From an uncultured Chloroflexia bacterium (lineage in GTDB: Bacteria > Chloroflexota > Limnocylindria > Limnocylindrales > CSP1-4): DNA of 64,000 bases. A program made the position numbers and the translations under genes. Positions 18,736-27,457 of this stretch are shown here, piece after piece; within the stretch, counting starts at the first letter, position 1, and the number at the start of each line of letters is the position of its first letter. Below the pieces are notes generated by a model that was not told the DNA's origin, made no database searches, and was given only the letters and a program-made list of their open reading frames with translations. The DNA lies in assembly GCA_963740825.1 (NCBI GenBank), contig CAVUFD010000002.1, forward strand, positions 968,944 to 1,032,943, read 5' to 3'.

Positions 18736-19995
18736 TCAGCCGACCCGAGCGTCGATGACCACGCGGCCGCCCTTGATGACGACCGTCGGCCGCTCGAGGA
18801 CCGTGACGTCGGCGAGCGGATCGCCATCGACCGCGACCAGGTCCGCGAACCGGCCCGGCGCCAGCGTGCCGACGCGGTCGGACCAGCCCATGCACTCGGC
18901 CGCCGCGACGGTCGCCGAGCGGATGGCGTCGATCGGCGACATCCCGCATCGCACGAACCAGGCGAACTGCTTCGCGACCAGGGCGTGCGGGTACACGCCG
19001 CTGTCGGTCCCGTAGACGATGCGCACGCCTCTTTCGACGGCCTTGCGCATGACCTCGACGCCAGTGTCCATCGACGCCGCCAGCTTGGCCATCGTCGCGA
19101 CCGGCCAGCGCTCGGCCTCGCCGTGCTCGAGCGCCCACTCGCCGTCGTACAGGTCGACCGAGTAGAAGGTACCGGTGTCGGCCAGCATCGCGATGACGTC
19201 GTCGTCGATCATCGAGCCGTGCTCCACCGACCGGGCGCCGGCCCGCATCGCCCGCCGGGCGCCCTCGGACGAGTGCGCGTGCACCGCGACGAACTTGCCG
19301 TAGTGGCCAGCCTCCTCGACCGCCGCCCGGACCTCGTCCTCGGACAGCTCGGGCGCGCCGGGGACGCCGCCCCGGGTCAGGACCGCGCCGGTGCCGATGC
19401 ACTTGACGAGGTCCGCGCCCCCGATCATGAGCCGCCGCACCCGCTCGCGGACCTCGGCCGGCGAGGTGACCACACCGAAGCGGAGGTCCTCGGGCAGCCG
19501 GATGTCGTGGGCGAGGCCGACGACGTCGCCGCCGCCCCACGGCGCCGTGATGAACGCGCCGGCGCCCTGCATCCGCGGGCCCTCGACGTCGCCCCTGTTG
19601 ATCGCGTCGCGCAGCGCGAGGTCGACGAATGCCCGGAACGTGCCGAGGTCGCGCACGCTGGTGAACCCGGCCTCGATGGTCTCGCGTGCATGGACGACGC
19701 CCAGCAGCGCGTCCTGGGCGGCCGACGTCGTCGTCGACGGCACGCCGGCCGTCTGCACCTCGCCGACGAGATGGCTGTGGGTGTCGATGAGACCCGGAAG
19801 CACTGTCAGGCCGCCGAGGTCGAGCAGCCGCGCGTCATCCGGCACGCCGTCGTCCGGACCCGCCACCGCCTCGACACGGGCGTCCCGCACGAGGATGGTC
19901 CGGTCGGGGACCTGCGATCCCGACTCCACGTCGAGCAGCCTCCCGACGCGGATCGCGACGGCCCGATCGGCGTCGGAAAAGGGGGATGTCGGCAT
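18736..19995 (-). CDS. Amidohydrolase, Xaa-Pro dipeptidase-like (M38)
   Basis: PGLIDTHSH, GADLVKC, VAVHAH, EHG, YGTDSGV. Confidence 0.9.
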   Translation of the reverse strand: MPTSPFSDADRAVAIRVGRLLDVESGSQVPDRTILVRDARVEAVAGPDDGVPDDARLLDLGGLTVLPGLIDTHSHLVGEVQTAGVPSTTTSAAQDALLGVVHARETIEAGFTSVRDLGTFRAFVDLALRDAINRGDVEGPRMQGAGAFITAPWGGGDVVGLAHDIRLPEDLRFGVVTSPAEVRERVRRLMIGGADLVKCIGTGAVLTRGGVPGAPELSEDEVRAAVEEAGHYGKFVAVHAHSSEGARRAMRAGARSVEHGSMIDDDVIAMLADTGTFYSVDLYDGEWALEHGEAERWPVATMAKLAASMDTGVEVMRKAVERGVRIVYGTDSGVYPHALVAKQFAWFVRCGMSPIDAIRSATVAAAECMGWSDRVGTLAPGRFADLVAVDGDPLADVTVLERPTVVIKGGRVVIDARVG

Positions 19996-20025
19996 CCCGC
20001 CATGCTAGCCGCGTACGATGGGTCC

Positions 20026-20607
20026 ATGAGGCTCCCCGTCCCGCCCGACCACCTCCCGTTCACCGGCGACCCGGACGCCGACGCCCTCATCGCGACCAAT
20101 CCGGTCGCGCTGCTCATCGGCTTCGCGCTCGACCAGCAGGTGACGGTGCAGAAGGCGTTCTCGGGGCCGCTGGAGCTGCAGCGACGGATCGGCACGCTCG
20201 ACGCGGCGACGATCGCGGCGATGGACCCCGAGGCCCTCGCGACGGTCTTCCGCACGCCCCCGGCGCTCCACCAATTCCCGGGCAACATGGCCGGCCGGGT
20301 CCAGGACCTGTGCGGGGCGATCGCGGAGCGCTACGACGGCGATGCGTCGCGGATCTGGACCGAGGCCGCCGATGCGAAGGACCTGGACCGGCGCCTGCGC
20401 GCGCTGCCGGGGATCGGCGAGATGAAGGCCGGCACGATCGTCGCGTTGCTGGGCATCCGGTACGGGATCAAGCCCGCGGGCTGGGAGGAGGTCCGCCCGA
20501 AGACGCCGACGCTCGGCGACGTGGACTCCCCGGAGGCGCTCGCCGAGTACCAGGCCGGCAAGCGGGCGCGCAAGGCCGAGGCGCGGGCGGCCCAGGGCAA
20601 GGCCTGA
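20026..20607 (+). CDS. HhH-GPD-type base excision repair protein
   Basis: LDQQVTVQKAF, LPGIGEMKA; TACGAT-N6-ATG. Confidence 0.85.
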   Translation: MRLPVPPDHLPFTGDPDADALIATNPVALLIGFALDQQVTVQKAFSGPLELQRRIGTLDAATIAAMDPEALATVFRTPPALHQFPGNMAGRVQDLCGAIAERYDGDASRIWTEAADAKDLDRRLRALPGIGEMKAGTIVALLGIRYGIKPAGWEEVRPKTPTLGDVDSPEALAEYQAGKRARKAEARAAQGKA

Positions 20608-20942
20608 TGGCCATCTCGGAGATCCTGGCGGTCGCCGCCACGCTCACGGGAATCCTGATGGCGCTGGCCCCATCGCTCCAGATCCGGCGGATGTTCCAGA
20701 CGCATTCCAGCCGCGACGTGTCGATCGGCTATCTCGCGCTCCTCGACCTCGGGTTCGTGATCTGGATCTCGTACGGCTTCTCGATCGGGAACCCGGCGCT
20801 GATCATCTCGAACGCGGCGTCCCTCTCGTTCATGACGATCACGATCCTGGTCGCGCTCAGCTTCCGGCGTGCCGCTGCGGACGCCGGCGAACCCCTCGCC
20901 GATCCCGTTGCGGACGCCGAAACGGCGGCCCCCCGGTCGTAG
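20607..20942 (+). CDS. SemiSWEET/PQ-loop family transporter
   Basis: APSLQIRR...SRDVS...WISYG...IISN, 3 TM; TGATG overlap. Confidence 0.8.
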   Translation: MAISEILAVAATLTGILMALAPSLQIRRMFQTHSSRDVSIGYLALLDLGFVIWISYGFSIGNPALIISNAASLSFMTITILVALSFRRAAADAGEPLADPVADAETAAPRS

Positions 20943-20972
20943 ACGGGAGGCCGCCGAGGAGCCTTGAGGCGG

Positions 20973-21764
20973 TCAGGCCGGCGCGGCTTCCTTCGCGCCG
21001 AGCGGCTCGCCGGTCTCGAGCAGGGTCTTGAGGCCCGCCGCGATGTACGGCCAGCCGCCCACGACCTCCTCGCGGGTGGCATCGCGACCCTCGAGGTCCT
21101 CGTGGATCACGGTCAGCTTCGAGACGCCGGGCCCGGCGTCGTCGATCTCGAACAGGATCTTCGACGGTGCGTCGGCGCGGACGGCCTCGGACCACAGCGC
21201 CTTGAACGTCATGGCCAGGCGGCGAGGCGGATCCGACGCGAGGATCACGCCCTCGATCGCCGGGTTGCCCTGGGTCCGGAACTCGTACGGGCTGCCGACG
21301 GCCCAGTCGGAGTGGACCGTGCTGCTGTAGTAGTACTTGAGCGTGAAGCTCGAGTCGGTGAGCGCCTGCCAGATGCGTTCCGGCGTGCTGCGGATGTAGG
21401 TCGTGAACACGTAGCGCGGGGGTGCGGCCACATCGGCGCCTTGCGCGGTCATCGGTGTCTCCAATGCGGTGCGAAGCTCGTCGAGGAGATCGGCGGCCCG
21501 GACCCGGTAACGGTCCAGCCAGCGATCGTGGATCCGGCGGATCGGGACGGGGTTGAGGTAATGGTGGCGCTCTCGCCCCACCTTCCGGCTCGTCACCAGC
21601 CCGGCCGCCTCGAGGACCCGCAAGTGCTTCATGACGCCGAACCGGGTCATCCCCGGCAGTGCCGCCTCCAGCTCTCCCAGCGTCTGGCCATCGCGCTCGA
21701 AGAGCCGGTCCAGCAGCGTCCGCCGATTGGCCTCGGCCAGCGCCCTGAACACCTTGTCGTCCAT
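20973..21764 (-). CDS. ArsR HTH - SRPBCC/AHSA1 fusion regulator
   Basis: VFRALAEANRRTLL...MKHLRVLEAAGLV; YIRSTPERIWQALT...GGWP. Confidence 0.9.
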   Translation of the reverse strand: MDDKVFRALAEANRRTLLDRLFERDGQTLGELEAALPGMTRFGVMKHLRVLEAAGLVTSRKVGRERHHYLNPVPIRRIHDRWLDRYRVRAADLLDELRTALETPMTAQGADVAAPPRYVFTTYIRSTPERIWQALTDSSFTLKYYYSSTVHSDWAVGSPYEFRTQGNPAIEGVILASDPPRRLAMTFKALWSEAVRADAPSKILFEIDDAGPGVSKLTVIHEDLEGRDATREEVVGGWPYIAAGLKTLLETGEPLGAKEAAPA

Positions 21765-21770
21765 GCCCAG

Positions 21771-21800
21771 ACAATAGGTGACCAAATAGTCACCTGTCAA
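21771..21800 (-). promoter_or_regulatory. Leaderless promoter with operator between -35 and -10
   Basis: TTGACA-N18-TATTGT-N6-ATG; palindrome AGGTGAC-caaata-GTCACCT at 21776-21795. Confidence 0.75.
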
Positions 21801-21848
21801 GCGCCTGCAGGGCTGCTCGAAAACGGGGTCGTGCTTCGCGCTACGAGA

Positions 21849-22364
21849 TCAAGAGCCAGGCGGCTCGCCTGGCCGAGTTCCATGGAGATCGCGCACCAGC
21901 CACACCACATCGCCGAGATCGTCCGTGGTGGTGTGGTCCCTGCGGAACCCGATCTTGTCGAGCACTCGGAGTGACGCCGCGTTCCAGGGTCGGACGGTCG
22001 ACCAGAGCCGGTGTCGACCCGTCGCGGCCGCGGCATCCACCAGAGCTTGCGCCGCCTCCGTTGCATAGCCGCGTCCATGGAACCGCCGAAGCAGCTCGTA
22101 CGCGATTTCCGGTTCGTCCAGGCTGCAACGTCCGACGATCAGCGCGCAGTAGCCGATCACGTCGCCTTCCGCGCGACGACAAATCGCGAGCGAACCGATC
22201 CCGATCTCGATCGTGAGATCCCGGAATCGCGCCAGCCGGGCCGTCGCCTCTTCGAGCGTCGGCGTGTCCTCCCCACGTTCGCCGATCAGCTCCCGGTACC
22301 AGACTGCGTCGCGCTCGTCGCGAAGCCGGAGGGTCAGCCGCTCGGTCTCGATGGCGAGCGACAT
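21849..22364 (-). CDS. GNAT N-acetyltransferase (RimJ/RimL-like)
   Basis: IETERLTLR, HGRGYATEA, NAASLRVLDKIGF. Confidence 0.9.
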   Translation of the reverse strand: MSLAIETERLTLRLRDERDAVWYRELIGERGEDTPTLEEATARLARFRDLTIEIGIGSLAICRRAEGDVIGYCALIVGRCSLDEPEIAYELLRRFHGRGYATEAAQALVDAAAATGRHRLWSTVRPWNAASLRVLDKIGFRRDHTTTDDLGDVVWLVRDLHGTRPGEPPGS

Positions 22365-22472
22365 CGGGCGCCAGGTCACCCAATGCATGGTACACGGCGC
22401 CGGAACGAAGACGTCATCGGCGTGCACCATGGCTGCGTGGAACCTGAGGAACCAGCGCAGCGTCGTCGACAC

Positions 22473-22907
22473 GTGCTTGTGGTCAGGCTGCTCCCACTCG
22501 TCGCCTGTGCGCTGCTCGTTGCCTGCAGCCCGGCGGGCGGGGGTTCATCAGGGGTCGGCCCATCGCCGGTGGCTTCAGTTGCCGGGGGCCCGCCCAGGGT
22601 GATGGGCACGATCACCGCGGGTCCTGTCTGCCCGGTCGAGCAGTCGCCGCCCGACCCGCAATGCGCGCCGCGCCGCGTCGAGGGTGCCGTGGTGGTCGCG
22701 ACGAACGCCAGCGGAGAGGAGGTCGGTCGAGTCACGAGTGCCGCCGATGGCTCCTACGACCTGGCCGTCACGGAAACCGGGTCCGTGGTCATCACGGCGC
22801 TGCCGGTCGCGGGCCTGATGGGAACGCCCTCGCCGGTGAGCCTGAGGTTGATCGCCCCTTCCGAGGTCCATCGCCTCGACCTCGAGTACGACACCGGGAT
22901 CCGCTGA
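22473..22907 (+). CDS. Lipoprotein with carboxypeptidase-regulatory-like beta-sandwich
   Basis: Lipobox-like LLVAC; AGPVCPVE...C; YDTGIR end. Confidence 0.7.
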   Translation: MLVVRLLPLVACALLVACSPAGGGSSGVGPSPVASVAGGPPRVMGTITAGPVCPVEQSPPDPQCAPRRVEGAVVVATNASGEEVGRVTSAADGSYDLAVTETGSVVITALPVAGLMGTPSPVSLRLIAPSEVHRLDLEYDTGIR

Positions 22908-23046
22908 GGCGAGCCCGTGGCGGGCCTCCGAGAGCGGCGCAGTCCGCTCGAGCGAACAGAAGCCTCATCGATCTTGCACGGCAGCCGTTAGCCCGACCAC
23001 GCCTGCGGTGAGGTGCGTATGTCGCCACGGCGACGAACCTCAGCCC

Positions 23047-23412
23047 ATGGCGACCTACACGGTGAACGACGCCGCCGTCGAACGAGCCCATCGGCTGATC
23101 GAGTCGCGTCAGTACGTGCTCGACAGCGACTGGGGCGACGTCCAGCCGACGGCCGAGGACGAGAACCGCTACCTCCGCACGCACTCGTGGGACGAGTTCG
23201 CCGAGTGGCACCTGGGCCTGACCGAAGGCGCCAACGACGGGACCAAGGCCCGCTACGCCTTCGTGTTCGGCGACCTCCGCCGGATCCACCGCTCCGGGAT
23301 CATCGCCTGCCATTTCCGGGCGGCCGAGTGGCGCCACAAGTCGATCGAGCTGGCCGCGCACGACCTGCTCCAGGCCCTCGACCGCAAGAGCGGGCTCATC
23401 GCCTCGGGCTAG
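23047..23412 (+). CDS. Conserved hypothetical protein
   Basis: GC-typical codon use; YVLDSDWG, WHLG, KARYAFVFGD. Confidence 0.7.
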   Translation: MATYTVNDAAVERAHRLIESRQYVLDSDWGDVQPTAEDENRYLRTHSWDEFAEWHLGLTEGANDGTKARYAFVFGDLRRIHRSGIIACHFRAAEWRHKSIELAAHDLLQALDRKSGLIASG

Positions 23413-23742
23413 CGGTCAGGCCCGTTCGTTGAAGACCGCCCTGTACTCGCGACACGAGTGCAGCCGCTCGCTGACTACGCCAGATACCCACCGAGCGAGC
23501 GCGAAGGCGCGATCTGGCCTGTCCTCGGCGCCATGGACTCGCCAGGCGAGTGGCCGGCGAAGCCGGGACCTCGATTGCTCGCCCAACACTCCTGGGATGG
23601 GGATCTGGCGGGTTCGACTGGCGACTGTGCTCACGGTGCGAACCGGCGGTGTGGTTATCCCTGGCGAAGCGAACGACCAGCACTCACGGCATGGGTACAG
23701 GGCGAAGAAGTGGCCCCGAGGAGCCCTCGAGTCCCGGGTGAC

Positions 23743-24156
23743 TCAGCTCTCCGGCTGGACCATCTCGCTCGCCAACCACACGAGTCCCGGGCATCGGCCG
23801 GCTTCGGGCGGCAGGGCCGACCGATCAAACTCCCCACCCCCGACACGGAGCGTGTCGCCCACCTTGCCCAGCGACCGGCCCTCCTCAAATAGGGTCGGCG
23901 TGCCGAGCGCATCCAGGCCGAGCGAGACCGTGGCCGGCCAGATCACCAGGTACGAGCCACCGCCATCGCCCATCGTGACGTAGAGGCAGCCCGCGCGGTT
24001 CTCGAGAACGCCGGTGAGGAGCGCCGCCATCCCGCCCGTGCTGGCGTCATGCGTGGGGAACACGATGCCCGCCGGTGTTCGTGGTGCCGGATCCGAGCCG
24101 CAGCCGAGACACGCCGCCGCGACGACGGCGGCCACGAGCCCCGTCCGGAGCGCCAT
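23743..24156 (-). CDS. Hypothetical lipoprotein
   Basis: AACLGC lipobox-like; start 2 nt after DUF3037 stop. Confidence 0.65.
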   Translation of the reverse strand: MALRTGLVAAVVAAACLGCGSDPAPRTPAGIVFPTHDASTGGMAALLTGVLENRAGCLYVTMGDGGGSYLVIWPATVSLGLDALGTPTLFEEGRSLGKVGDTLRVGGGEFDRSALPPEAGRCPGLVWLASEMVQPES

Positions 24157-24158
24157 CC

Positions 24159-24548
24159 TCAGCGTCGGACGAGCGTCCGGAACAGGTGCTCGAGGGTCGC
24201 CGCGGCGTCGTCGGTCAGGCCGGTATGGACCTCCGACGGCTGGATGATCGTCGACGACGGCGCGACCAGCCAGTGGAAGCGTTCGCCCATCGAGAGCGCG
24301 GCGATGGGGCCGGCGGCTCCGTCGCCATCGGCGATCCGGACGATCCCGTCGAGGTGCGCCCGGACGTTGTCGGGATCGCAGTCGGGAGCGAGCGCGGCCA
24401 GCACCGCTGGATCCAGCTCGACCTGCGCGCCCAGGAACCGATGGGGCCGGGACATCAGCACGATCCCCGCGTTGAACGCCTCGCCCCTGTCCACGCGCGG
24501 CACCACCCGCACGATCGCGTACTCGAACGGCTTACGCGGCCCGGGCAC
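24159..24548 (-). CDS. DUF3037 domain protein
   Basis: FEYAIVRVVPRVDRGEAFNAG, ERFHWLVAPSSTIIQ. Confidence 0.9.
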   Translation of the reverse strand: MPGPRKPFEYAIVRVVPRVDRGEAFNAGIVLMSRPHRFLGAQVELDPAVLAALAPDCDPDNVRAHLDGIVRIADGDGAAGPIAALSMGERFHWLVAPSSTIIQPSEVHTGLTDDAAATLEHLFRTLVRR

Positions 24549-25308
24549 GCTCGGCCTCCTCCACGAACGCCCGCGGGGCCTCGAGCCGCTGGACGAGATA
24601 GTCCACGTAGGCACGGCGGTGGGCATCGGGATCCGCGAGTCCGGACTCGGGCTGCAGCCAGTCGTCGGGGATGGCGGCCGCGAGCCCCTGGAGCAGCGCC
24701 GGCGTGACCATCGGCGCGAGGCGGGCGTCCGCCGCCTCGATCGACGACGCGAACGGCAGCAGCACGTGGTCCCGGATCGGATGGAACGGGCGCCGGGCAT
24801 GCTCCGCCGGATCGCGCCAGCTGTGGTGGATGTACAGCGCCGATCCGTGGTCGATCAGGTGAAGCCGACGATGCCACACGATGAGGTTCGGGTTGCGCGG
24901 CGTCCGGTCGACGTTGGTCGTGTAAGCGTCGAGCCAGACGATGGCGGCGGCCAGGTCCGGGTCCGGTGCCGGGCCCACGGCCGGCGCGAAGGCCAGGGCG
25001 CCGGGCAGGAAGTCGAGGCCGATGTTGGTGCCCGCCGACCGTTCGAGCAGGTCCTGGATCTCGCGGTTCGGCTCGGCCTTGGCGAGGGTGGCGTCGAGCT
25101 CGACGAGCACCTGGTCGGGCACGGGAAGCCCCAGATGGCGCGCGATCTCGCCGGCCAGCAGCTCCGCCACCAGCGCCTTCCGGCCGTGCCCCGCGCCGAG
25201 GAGCTTGACCACGTAGAGCCCGTCGTCGTCGGCCTCCACGAGCGCGGGCAAAGACCCGCCCTCGCGCAGGGGCGTCACGTACCGGGTCGCCGTCACGGTG
25301 CGGAGCAT
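24532..25308 (-). CDS. HipA-like family kinase
   Basis: LREGGSLP, YVVK, NVDRTPRNPN, LIDHG; TACACT-N7-ATG. Confidence 0.9.
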   Translation of the reverse strand: MLRTVTATRYVTPLREGGSLPALVEADDDGLYVVKLLGAGHGRKALVAELLAGEIARHLGLPVPDQVLVELDATLAKAEPNREIQDLLERSAGTNIGLDFLPGALAFAPAVGPAPDPDLAAAIVWLDAYTTNVDRTPRNPNLIVWHRRLHLIDHGSALYIHHSWRDPAEHARRPFHPIRDHVLLPFASSIEAADARLAPMVTPALLQGLAAAIPDDWLQPESGLADPDAHRRAYVDYLVQRLEAPRAFVEEAERARAA

Positions 25309-25366
25309 GAGCCGGAGTGTAGGTCCGTGGTCACGGCCCTTGTGCCGCGCGGCGTTCAGGACTATC

Positions 25367-25380
25367 GTTGCACGTGCAAC
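25367..25380. promoter_or_regulatory. Perfect 14-bp palindrome, MarR-like operator candidate
   Basis: GTTGCACGTGCAAC in a divergent intergenic region. Confidence 0.55.
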
Positions 25381-25435
25381 TATTGCCGCGAGCGGCCCGC
25401 AGTCGATCGGCCGCGACGGAGAACACCGACCCACC

Positions 25436-25834
25436 ATGGACACCGCCATCCACCTGGACCCGGCCATTCACGACGCCCTCGACCACAGCCAGACCGTCGA
25501 CATCAGCACGACCGGCCGGCGGACGGGCGAGCCCCGCCGGATCGAGATCGCCCTCCACAACATCCGCGGGCGCCTGGTCATCAGCGGCCGCCCCAGCCAC
25601 CGGACGCGGGCCTGGATCTACAACCTCGAGGCCGATCCCCGGCTGACCGTCCACCTCAAGCGCGGCGTGCAGGCGGATCTCGCGGGAACCGCACGGGTCG
25701 TCACCGACCCCGAGGAGCGCCGGGCGTTGCTGGTCGACGTCGCGCGCGCCTGGAACCGCACCGACGTCGAGCCGATGATCGAGCTCAGCCCGCTCATCGA
25801 GGTCCACATCCCGGGCTACGGTCCCGAGGTCTAG
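25436..25834 (+). CDS. Split beta-barrel deazaflavin(F420)-dependent oxidoreductase-like protein
   Basis: TTGRRTGEPR, WIYNLEADP. Confidence 0.75.
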   Translation: MDTAIHLDPAIHDALDHSQTVDISTTGRRTGEPRRIEIALHNIRGRLVISGRPSHRTRAWIYNLEADPRLTVHLKRGVQADLAGTARVVTDPEERRALLVDVARAWNRTDVEPMIELSPLIEVHIPGYGPEV

Positions 25835-25859
25835 AGCCGCCCGGCTACCCGGATCGTCG

Positions 25860-26318
25860 TCAGCCCTGCGGACTGGCGGCACCCTCCTCGGCCTCGAGCA
25901 GGGCCCGGAACCGCTCGAGCGAGGCCGGCAGCTCGGCGTTGATGCGCCGCTCGGCCTCGCGGGCGATGAACCCGAACAGGGGCGAGGTCGACAGGTCGAT
26001 CTCCAGGAAGATCCGCGTCGCGTCCGTGCCAACCGGATCGAGGCGCGTACGCACCTCGACGCTCAGCGGCCCGCCCGACCCGCCGATCACGAGCGCCGAC
26101 GGCGAGCGCAGCTGGCGGACCGTCCCGACGAACTCGGCGCCCGCGGCGGCGGCCGACAGCTTCAGCCGGACGCGGCTCCCGAGCGCCAGCGGCGGATCGA
26201 GGAGGGTGGCCGCGATCACCTCGGGGAGCCATCGGGGCAGGTCCTCGATGCGCGTGGCCACGCGGAACACCGGCTCCGGCGGATAGGGGATCTGGAGGGA
26301 AGCGCCGACACGGCCCAT
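25860..26318 (-). CDS. SRPBCC family protein
   Basis: PPEPVF...LPRWLP pattern; TAGGAT-N6-ATG. Confidence 0.75.
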   Translation of the reverse strand: MGRVGASLQIPYPPEPVFRVATRIEDLPRWLPEVIAATLLDPPLALGSRVRLKLSAAAAGAEFVGTVRQLRSPSALVIGGSGGPLSVEVRTRLDPVGTDATRIFLEIDLSTSPLFGFIAREAERRINAELPASLERFRALLEAEEGAASPQG

Positions 26319-26327
26319 CGGGGAATC

Positions 26328-27074
26328 CTACTCGGTCGGTGGGCGGTGCCCGGTGCCCGGGCCGCCGGGCTCGGTCAGGCGGTCGATGAGCCGGTCGATG
26401 GCCGCGTCGGACAGGCCCTGACGGCGCAGCAGGGCACGTGCGCCGCCGTGGGCGGCGTCGAGGTGGGCGAGTGCCTCGGCCATCAGCTCGGGCGCATTGT
26501 CGAGCTCGAGCGGCTCGTGGCGCCAGTCGGGCGGATCCACGCGCGACCGCGGCTCGGAGAAGAAGCCGGCGGTGAGCGCGTAGTCCTCGACGATCACCTC
26601 GGTCGGCACGCCCACGAGGTCGAGCAGCAGGGCGATGGCGACCCCGGTGCGATCCTTGCCGGCCGCACAGCCGATGATCGCGGGCAGGCCGCCGTCCCGC
26701 AGCAGGGCCCGTGCGATCTCGGCCAGCTGCCGTGCCCGCACGTCGAACACATGGCGGTACATGCCGGCGAGGCCGGCGTGCGGCGTCGGGTCGTCGGCGA
26801 GCAGCGGGATGCTCGTATAGCGGACCGTCCGGGATCGCCGGAAGGCGTTCGGCGAGCGATCGGCCTCGTCGGGCCAGCGCAGGTCGATGACCTGGCGCAC
26901 CCCGAGCGCGACGAGCTCGGCCTGCGCGTGGGCCGGGATCGAGGTGAGCTCGTCCGAGCGGAGGAGCGTCCGCCAGCGGGTCCGCCGGCCATCGCTCGCC
27001 GGGTACCCGCCGACGTCGCGCACGTTGCGCGTCCCCTCGAGCGGGAGGTGACGGGAGGGATCGGCGGCGGCCAT
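26328..27074 (-). CDS. Tyrosine-protein phosphatase (IphP/MptpB-like)
   Basis: NVRDVGGY, LLRSDEL, IDLRW, GCAAGKDRTG, DYALT. Confidence 0.9.
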   Translation of the reverse strand: MAAADPSRHLPLEGTRNVRDVGGYPASDGRRTRWRTLLRSDELTSIPAHAQAELVALGVRQVIDLRWPDEADRSPNAFRRSRTVRYTSIPLLADDPTPHAGLAGMYRHVFDVRARQLAEIARALLRDGGLPAIIGCAAGKDRTGVAIALLLDLVGVPTEVIVEDYALTAGFFSEPRSRVDPPDWRHEPLELDNAPELMAEALAHLDAAHGGARALLRRQGLSDAAIDRLIDRLTEPGGPGTGHRPPTE

Positions 27075-27457
27075 CGCCCTCAGGGTACCGGCGACCCCCC
27101 CGGCCGGCCGACCGAGGCACGTCGTGACGTTTGTCCACCCCGGGACATGACCTGTGGCCCTGTTGCCGCGTCGCGTCCCGGACCTACGGTACGGACATCG
27201 AACGGACCGCCAACACACGGACCACATCCGGCGGCGCGTCGACCTTCCGGCGGGATGCTGGGCGGCGGCGGAGCCGGGAAACCTGTCCATCCGGCGGTCC
27301 GTTCTCGATTCCCCGACCACCCCCGGACCCCGCGCCGATTGCGTCCACGCGCCGATGACCCTTGCATTCGCGTTGTAGAGTGCGCAACGAACTGGATCCG
27401 CATCGCGTCCAAGGGCGGACCATCGAGTCGATGGAGGCTTGCTGAGGGGCAGTTGAC

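Noticed and set aside
22908-23742. Integron cassette array around the small GNAT and lipoprotein genes
   Set aside because: Isolated GCCCAAC and GTTAGCC heptamers without paired L boxes; mixed gene orientation; no integrase
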